Of a DNA stretch of 32,584 nucleotides, positions 8,151 to 17,300 are shown piece by piece. The DNA is taken from IMG/VR virus record IMGVR_UViG_3300022697_000016, positions 1-32,584 of that record, one strand, 5' to 3'. Both the position numbers and the translations under genes were made by a program. Positions within the stretch are counted from its first letter, which is position 1. Every line of letters starts with the position of its first letter. The stretch comes from a virus (lineage: Duplodnaviria; Caudoviricetes). The notes under the pieces are model-generated. The model did not search any database and was not told the origin of the DNA. It was given only the letters and a program-made list of their open reading frames with translations.

Positions 8151-8325
8151 AGTTAAGTTTCTGGGACTATTTGCACTCTTTTCGGCTATATCAATCGCTA
8201 TTCTATTTGCAGGATTCCTGATTGGAATACTCCTTACATTTGTCTTACCGTTTCTTATAATTTTCACGGGATTATGGGTTATCTGGGCAATTTATAAGGA
8301 TCATGTAGAAGAAAATAACGATTGA
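8140..8325 (+). CDS. Small membrane protein (about 2 TM segments)
   Basis: About 45 consecutive hydrophobic residues followed by a charged tail; overlaps the previous stop; last gene before the terminator. Confidence 0.7.
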   Translation: MTSKVKFLGLFALFSAISIAILFAGFLIGILLTFVLPFLIIFTGLWVIWAIYKDHVEENND

Positions 8326-8332
8326 TGTTCAG

Positions 8333-8375
8333 AGAGAGAGACTACTTGGTAATCAGGTAGTCTCTCTCTTTTTTT
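8333..8375 (+). terminator. Intrinsic terminator at the convergence of the replication and late blocks
   Basis: AGAGAGAGACTACTTG-gtaat-CAGGTAGTCTCTCTCT stem followed by a T-run; lies between convergent genes. Confidence 0.9.
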
Positions 8376-8382
8376 ATTTACT

Positions 8383-11300
8383 TCAATTAGTCAAATTCAC
8401 CCATGGGTTCAAACTAGGTGCATTAAACAACATACCCCAACCAAGAGATCTACCGAAACGATTTTGACCAACAACAGTAGCTAGGTTATCATTTACAGGA
8501 GAGCCCAAGCTACCAATCGTAGAAGCTACTGCCAAAGATCGTAGTGGGTTATCCCTCATCATTTGCATGGCTATCTTCATGCTTCTGATTTTGAAGGTTA
8601 GGAACCATGTGAGACCATAACTCTCAAGAGCAGATCTAGTACGTCCTGGGAGAGTTAAGAAATCAACATACTCTTCATTGATTACAGTTAAGGCCTCTGT
8701 GTTAGTCATACCTTGGTTCAGTAGGTGGTCATACATAATTGCTTTAGCAATGAAGTCACCATATTGAACTGCTTTATTTGCAAATTTATACAAGGCTGTG
8801 TCTTTAGACAGTATGCCGTATTTAACAACAGTCTGAGCACCCAATGGTAGTTTATTGATCTGGTTCTCCATCCAGGCACCCATACGGCCTGCTGTGAGCT
8901 CTATATCCAATTCGGTCATGCCTTCAGAGATATTCTTATATGCACCTGCCTCGATTAGAGGAGCAATCGACATACGAGAATTCTGGTCATAAATGATCTG
9001 AAGTTGCTGTGCCAAAATTGCAGCTCTATTAGGATCATTGGCAGCCATAAGGACTGCTAGATTAAGCTCCACAATTTTCTTTTGGTTTAAGTTATACTGC
9101 TCAATTTCAGCAGTCTTATCACGGTAACCTTCGATCATACGTTTAGTGCCAACTCCACGGTTAGACAGCTGAATAACGTTTGCTTGGGTATTCATATAAG
9201 GAACAATGAGCGATCGTACTACGATCTGGTCTTTAGCATAGGACACAGTGCTCTGTATGCCCTGCTCAGCGTGAGCAAGGATCTTTTGGGCACCCTTACC
9301 CGGAATCATTGCAGTAGCCACCTGTATGACCTTACGAATGCTCTCAGGGATCCTGGTTTTACCAGTCCAGATGTCCACAATACTTGGGTCTCTGTAACCA
9401 AGGGAGATATTAATCATATCCTTTCTTACCCAGAATCCGTTATTGGCTCCAAATGTGTCTTTAATGGTTTGTTTGGTAGCATCTGGAATTACTCGCCAAG
9501 AGTCTTTGTAAACAGCATCTGTGAGGTTAGGTGAGGAAATATCAACGAACATCTTATCCTGCCCATGAGCACGAGCATCATAAACCTTTTTAAGCTCTTT
9601 GATGAGAACATCGTTATATTGCTGTGCAAGTAGTTCCTCAATTTGACGACCTGTCCACACACCCAGCATCTTAGCTAAGTGCCCTGGAGGAGCTTTGTAC
9701 TGGGTAATGAGATCAGGGTTCATTGCACGTTCATAAAACAAGATAGTATGGTTTTTAGCATATACCGGGAGCAAGACTTCTTTGTTATTGGCTACACCAT
9801 TATCAGCATTAAGACTTTTTGTGACACGTACTACAGCAGATCCAACAATGGTTCCTGAGGTGTTACCAGTCGTTGTCTCACCTGTGGTGATGTCTACCCC
9901 AAAGTAGGTCCTGTTAATCGACTGTAGAGCTCCCTGAGAGTACACCCCATCTTGCTTGGTGGAGGTTACGTAATACCCTCGAGAAATCATAGAGAACCCA
10001 GATTCAGCAGTGTAATCAGCAACCCGAATGTATCCACGTTGTTCCAATGTTTCACGATTTTCATCATTAGCTACAATCATGGATATGCCGCTTTTACTAT
10101 GATTAGGCACATATCCTTTGTACCCGTTCATTAGAGCAACATCTGAAACTCCGGCTTTGGTTTTCTCTTGAGTATTAAGAGAAACCAAGTAGGTGATAAG
10201 ATTCTTGGTAGCCTCAGGATCATTCTTGTACATATTGGAGACAGCTTCTTTCTGAGCTGGATCCGCACCCTGTAGAGCATACAAAGAAACCAATCTATCA
10301 ATCTTATCTGTCATAGACTTTATAGGAGTATTACTGCCAGAATTATCAGACAGAACATTGATAGCATATGCATTACGCCACAGGTCATAGCCAGCACCTT
10401 GGTTATTCAGGAAACCAGCTAACTGACGAGCCTTAGAAAAAATCTTGTTGGTTACATTATTAGATGACTCCTTACGGATAGCCTCTTCAGCTTTACCAAT
10501 TTCAGCTGTTAGAGCAGCTTTGTTTTTGATGAGATTAAACAATACATCTGGATTGGTTGAATCAAACAATGAAGCCAAATCTAATTTAGCTAGGACATGG
10601 TGAGCTGCCTTCCACTGAGAAGTGTCTAATTGTTTGTGAAATGCTTTTACAAATACCACTGGAAGAGTATCCAGGAAGTTCTGACGCATTGATGAGATGG
10701 CAGTAGTCACTTTACTCAAGAGAGCTGTAACCTTGGCATTGGTTTTATCTGTACCAATAATTTCTGATATTAATTCTTGCACAGGTACAGCTTGGTCAAG
10801 GCTTACACCCATATACATGAGTTCTTTGACTCCTTCAGCAGCATAGGCTGCTCTTTCAGAACTCAAAGCAGCAGTACCTATAGCGAAGATACTGGTAGTT
10901 AATTTAAGGAAAAAAGCTCTATCATCTCTGTGCACTTTTTCATTTGTAGCAGCAGCAAAGTCAGACAGTTTACCCATCAAACCAGATAAGTAAGAATCAG
11001 CTTTGGTTATTGAACTCATCAAAGTTCTTAAGACTGCAAATTCATTTTGTGTGTCTTCTTTGATGAGGTTTAAAGCAAGAGCATCTAACACATCTTTAGA
11101 TGACTTTCCGGCAAGATCTATGGATCCCACAGCTTTGTTCATGAGGATACCAGTGACTGAAGTCAGGAATTCATTCAGAGAACCTTTATTGATCTCAGTC
11201 TTATCTGGAACAGGAAGTTGATCCAGACCATCTCTAAATCCTTTGGATGTCTGAGATAGAGCCAAGAGAACAGCTATAGCATCTGAAACACCTTGGTCAT

Positions 11301-14300
11301 TGGATGTGTCTCCTAGAAGATCACGTATGGCTGCATAACGTTCTTGACCATTGCGCCCTTTACCAAACATCTCAGGTGTGAGGTTATTGGTCACATACTC
11401 AAACACTTTGTTAATAGCGATCGACGAAGAGGCATCAAGAGTAAGCTCAGTAGCTATAACCATATGAATAGCTCTAAAGGTCTGCTTCTGGTACTCACTC
11501 AAATTAAAGCCACCAAAGTCTAATTTATCCACAGCATTCTGAGCTGCAGCTGCATAGCGCTTAAACTGTTTTATCTTCTGAGTAGCTACCTCTACTGACA
11601 GATCTTTTGACTGCATATCCTGCAAACGTTGTCTGACAAGATCTATCCAGAAGTTGGTAAATTTATGCGAGAAGTTGGTTAGCTCCCCATCTGTATTGTT
11701 GTTGTCGTTGTTACCACCATTCACATTTGGATTGTTATTACTGTTACCATTAGAACCATTGGAACCATTAGAACCATCTGGTTTAGCTGTAATGATGGCA
11801 GTATTAAACAGAATATTCTCAAACATATTCTTAGGTATTTTACCCAAGAGTCTTTGGAGGAGAGCTTGGACTGTTTTTACAAGTTTGGATGCTCCAGTGT
11901 CATGAGTTTTAAGTGCAGCAATTAGCTTAGCATTAGACAATGTCCAGGACAGAAACTCACTTAAAGCAGCTGCTTTAGAGTAGCTATCAGTGGCATTCTG
12001 ATACTCAAGTATTTGAGCTTTAGCTGCGTTAGCAGCATCATTGGTTTTCTTGCCTTTGAATGTCATTTCCATAAACTTAGTCATCAGTGATTCAAGACGT
12101 GTGACTGTAGGGTTATTTTCCTTGTTACTGTAATGCTCATATATGGCGTCAAACGTAGCCATATGCATCAACTCATGAACCACAGTTTCATGGTTACTCA
12201 CATCTGTGAGAGTCATAACATTTGTGGTTAGATTGATTGATCCACCTTCAGCAGTAGGATCAATAACCACAGTCATATTGGTTTTAATTAGAGACTGAAG
12301 AACCTTTATGGTGGCTTTGAGTATGTAGCTTTTGGTTGACTTAGCTAGAGTAGCCAAGAGCTGATTTGTATCAGTAGTCAGTACAGGAACTTGGTGATCT
12401 GCAGCCTTAGCCTTAGCCTTAGCCTTAGCCTTAGTAGGTGTAGATGTAGGTGGTGTAAGGGCTTTATTTGCAGGGGCTGACAAGTCAACTGCAGTACTTA
12501 ATACAGTGTCATTTGAAGGTGTGATAGGCGGAACACTCTTACCTGCTAATCTTAGTGCAATAATAGCATTAATCTCATCAAGGGTCATATTGGTATCTGG
12601 CCCCTGGGTGTGTGTGACACCAGATCCACTCATATGATCCACAGACAGAGGGATGCCAGCATAAGTATCTGTACGAGCTGCGTTCTGACGGTTCATCTCC
12701 ATAATTAGAGCCAAAAGCTCCTGAACATTTGTAGCATCAACAGGATGCTCCTCCGAGACCTTCATATTGTCATAAACAGTGTTGAGTAGGTTACTGTCTT
12801 CTGCAAGAGCCAGTCTTAGGAAGTTTGAGAAGTTATTTTGTACTTGTTCTAAGACGTTACTTTCCCAGTTTTTCATAACAGCTTTGTTTATACTGGGTGC
12901 ATATTCAAAGATTTTACTGATTGGCAAATTCACACCATCAAATACTGGCATAGTATCTGTAGGTGCATTGGACACACCATAGATGTTATTCATCATCATT
13001 GCATCACCACGACCCTGAGTAATGAAAGGAATGACTTTCACACCAACCGCTTGAGGAGATCTCAAAGTCGACTTCATACGAAGTGATCCTTCCAAAGTGG
13101 AAGATAATTCTAGGTTACTCGCTTGGTTCGCAAAATCTCCTACAACCAGTGTTTGAACACCATTGGTGTAAGTAGGAATGAACTTTTGTACAGAACGTAC
13201 AACACTTGCATAATCTTCAAGAGTCATCTCTCTGTAAACAGGAACTCCCTTTGCATTACGAGGAAGAGATCCTTCTATAGCTCGTTTTTCAGCTAAAACT
13301 TCTAGTCTTCTATTGAACAACTGAATAACAAATTCAGATTGTAAGCCTGTGATTTTCACCAGAGCATCATTCACTCTGGTGACAGGAGCACCAATTGTAT
13401 TCTTGGTAGTTTCCGAGAGGACTATACCTATGGTGTTTGTGACAGCTTCTTTGAAGGTATCCACATAACCTTTAGAGATGAAGTTCTGTTTCCAATCAAG
13501 GCCTGTAGGAAAGTTCATTTTGAAGATTGTTTTGAAGTCTTTCTTAAGACCTGGGTATCCAAGAAACTCTTCTGGGTTAGCTCCCTTAGGAACACTCAGC
13601 ATAGCTTTGTATAGGCCCGTTAACATCTCATCAGCGATGTCATTGCTTATGCCCCGGAAACCAGAACCATATACAGTCTGTGTTACAGGTCCTTTTGAAG
13701 ATGTACGTGTGAAGCTGATTGATCCATCTTGGTTGATTTGGAAATTACCAAAATTAGCAGCAAACATAGACACAGCCGTGTACAATTCTTTTTTAGCGTC
13801 TGACACTTTGGATGATCTTACCAAATCTAAAGAGTACTTTTGAGCTTCTTGAGAATTGAAATTGTATAGATCGAGATTTCCATCTCTACCGATGAAGTTC
13901 TGCAAGTTCTCGGTCTTTGAACCAAGGAAGAAACCTATCCGTTTGAAGTTCATGAAATCAGCGACTGATATTAGCCCTTGACCAAAGTTGGCCATCATAT
14001 TGGCAGGGCCATCTGTCTTACCATCAAGCTCAAATGCTAAAGATGTGTGGAAACTTGTAGGAAGAGTAGTACCACCTTCATTACTCTGGCTCTGGCTCTG
14101 TAGAGAGGCCACTGCATAGATAGCGTCTAACTGAGCCATAACCATAGGCTCACCGTTTAAGGCTTTTTCCATAGCTGCCTGAAAAGCAGGTACATCAAGG
14201 TTTCCAGTCTTTATTTGTGCTTGGACAATATCAGTAACTTTACCAAAAACCTGGGCAAATTCACTTTGAATATTGGCTAGAATTTCAGATTGAACCTCAT

Positions 14301-17300
14301 TCTCGACTTTATGTAATTCTGAAGCTTGGGCTACTGTGAGCCAGAAAGCATTGTTATCTTCCTGTTTCGTCATATCAAGAGTTGCATTTGTTGGGGTAAC
14401 TAAAGCACGGAGGAACTTATTGTTCTCAGGGTTAATCCCTCGATACTGATGCCGACCTACTTTAGTTATGCTGACATGGTAGTACACTGGCTGATCTTCC
14501 TGTCCCTTGAGAGCGGAAGTGACCATGTGAGCTTCTTGTAAGCCTCTCAGTATGGAGAGATTTTTTCCTTCAACTGAGTTACGGTATGGATGACCTTTTA
14601 CAATGTTGGTTACATCTATCACACCTGACAGAGAAGCCATGATGGTTTCACCAATGGCATCCACTAATGTATTCAAACCAACAGAAAGAAGATGCCCTGT
14701 ATCCTGCATACTCTTAATAGCTGTTTGTTCAGTTGCTGATAGAGGAACATTACTGCGTAATTGATGGGTATCAACCGTAGTAATTTTAGCCCCGATAGAC
14801 GGGACTGTACTACTTTCAGCCCTTAGGGTCTTCAAAAGAAGGCCTTGTCCTTCTAATCCAATTTCTTCTTGAGTGGCCCTAAGGTTATCCAACATAATCG
14901 TTGTAGTTTTGACCTTCTTGCCATTTACAATGATCGGGATGTCTTTCAAGGAAATGTATTCTGAATTCTGAGCCAAGACAGTAAGTAGTTCTTTAACCAG
15001 ACCTTCTACAGCTCCACGAGCATCTACCAATCTTCCATTAGGATTAGGCTTAACATTCCATAAATCCATAATGGTTTTGGACAGTGATTCACTGACTTGG
15101 CGAGGTACTACACCAAACATGATATTATGTAGATCCTCATGGCTAATAGAGGATATGTCAGTATTGAGGTACTTTAGAGTGTCGCCTATTCTGGATGGAT
15201 CCGTAGGGCGTACCGTTGAGAGCCAATCTGCGACCACCAGAGCCGCTATAGATAACAGATTTGAGTCATACTGCATGGTGTGTGGGTCTACCAGCATGGT
15301 GACCTTGTAATCACGTATACCAGTGAGATCTGAACCATCCAGTATAGCTTGAGTAATGGTACGACCATCTGCCTTGGAAATTAGGATATTCACTAACCTC
15401 TCATTGGCTTTGACCATTAGGTTAGTAACTATGTATTTTGCAAACTCCAAATAGCGATCGGCAACTCCATTATCATTGGGAATTGCTTCAAAAATATCCT
15501 TGGCATTCGAGTATGAGACATCTTTCTTTTTAGGAGAAAAAATTCTTTTAAAGACACTCGTTACATTGTGGCTTTCTTTGAGTGTTCTGCCTTCTGTAGA
15601 TACGCCTTTGGTACTTGTGGGGTCTGGTGCAGTGTTTCCATCTGGAGCTGCTGTGGCACTCTGTGCTCTCTGAGAATCTTTAGTTGAATTTCGTTGTTGG
15701 GATCTGTCTTTAGATCTTTGAATAATTTCTTCAACGTAAGCTACTCCTTTTGGAAATTGGGATTTTGCAAGTTTAGGATCCAGTATCATTAAGGCTCCAA
15801 GCTCTGCAAAGAGTTCAGCAGCCCTAATCTTAGCATCACTAAAGCTCATAGCGTATTTGAAGTATGTAGCCATTTCAGGATTTGAATTAATCATAGCCTG
15901 AATTTCGTTATATACTTCATGGTTCTCTTTTAGATGGAGATCACTGTGAGAAGCAGTACCAAAACCTTTGATAGCACTTCCATCAATTAGGTGCATAAAT
16001 TCATGATACAGGACATGTAGCCCACCTTGAACAGTTCCATCTAAGATCCTGCGTACGACTTTGGGCCTGAAAGACATTACACCTTCTATCCAGAAGGCAT
16101 TACCTAAAGGAGCAACATCAGTATTTTTGATCCAAGCAATTTGCTTAACCAGGTCTGAAGATAAACCAAGACTTTTAAGCACAGGAGCCAACATTTTCAG
16201 AACAGACTTAGCTCTGAAATCATTCATTGGTGTACTAATCACTTTAGGATTGCGACTGTTTACAGAGGCAAGACGTTCACTAGGACTCATTGCATCATAC
16301 TCAGTCTGAGTATGGGTATGAGTCTGAGTTTTCTTGATTTTGGACTGGGTGGTATTTTCTTGGGCTGGTGGCACATTGTCATTTATGCCCAATTGGTTAG
16401 CATCTTGTGATTTGTTTTGACTGGGTTTTGATTTGGTCTGCTCTGTCGGATCCATCGCCTGAGGCGATGTTCCTCCTTCGACAGCCGTTGTGGTTTCTAC
16501 TGTTCCTGTATTGGTTTTCGTATTGGTTTTTATATTGGATTTAGAAGCATCTATTAACGGGGGAACCACAACCTCTTTACCAGAGAAGTGTTCAGGGAAA
16601 GCTTTAGAAAGTGTGTTGTACACAGCTGCAGTTGCTACAGCATCATTATATACAGATCTAGCATTCTTAACAGAATTAGGATTATTGCGGTGATAAGCAA
16701 CAGACCGAGCATTACCTACTTCTCCAGGGGCAGCCATATGAGTGCCATTGACAATAGAGGTATACTGCTCATTTGAACCAGAACCATTAGGAGATGCATT
16801 GGTGATTGAAGCATTAAGAGCAGCAACTTTGTTAGCCAAATGTTGAGCCAGCATACCAAGTTGTTTAGTCACTGCTGTAACAGGAGTATTCACTCCGTCA
16901 GCACTGACATAGGTATTATCTTTAGCTTGGATCCCTTGGAGAATATCAGATGCAAGCTGATTTACTGATGGAAGCTTCTGACCTGATGCACTTTTGAACC
17001 CATCAATCTGAATTGACCTGGATACACCAGCATTGTCCTGGGTAACTGCTGCACCCTTAGTGCTATTAGGATCAGTAGAGAGAGTAACGTTTTTACCCTT
17101 ATTCACTTGGACTTGTTGTCCAGAGTGTTGGTTTACAATTGAAGCTAATTTAGCTGCAATTTGCATGTAGTGAATATCTGTAGAGGATATATTCTTTCTG
17201 TTTTTATGCTTAAGAATTTTATCCACATGACTAGGATTCACATTAGCTGGATTGGTTTTAGCTAGGTTAATCGTATCTTGTATAGACTGTGTAGTAACCT

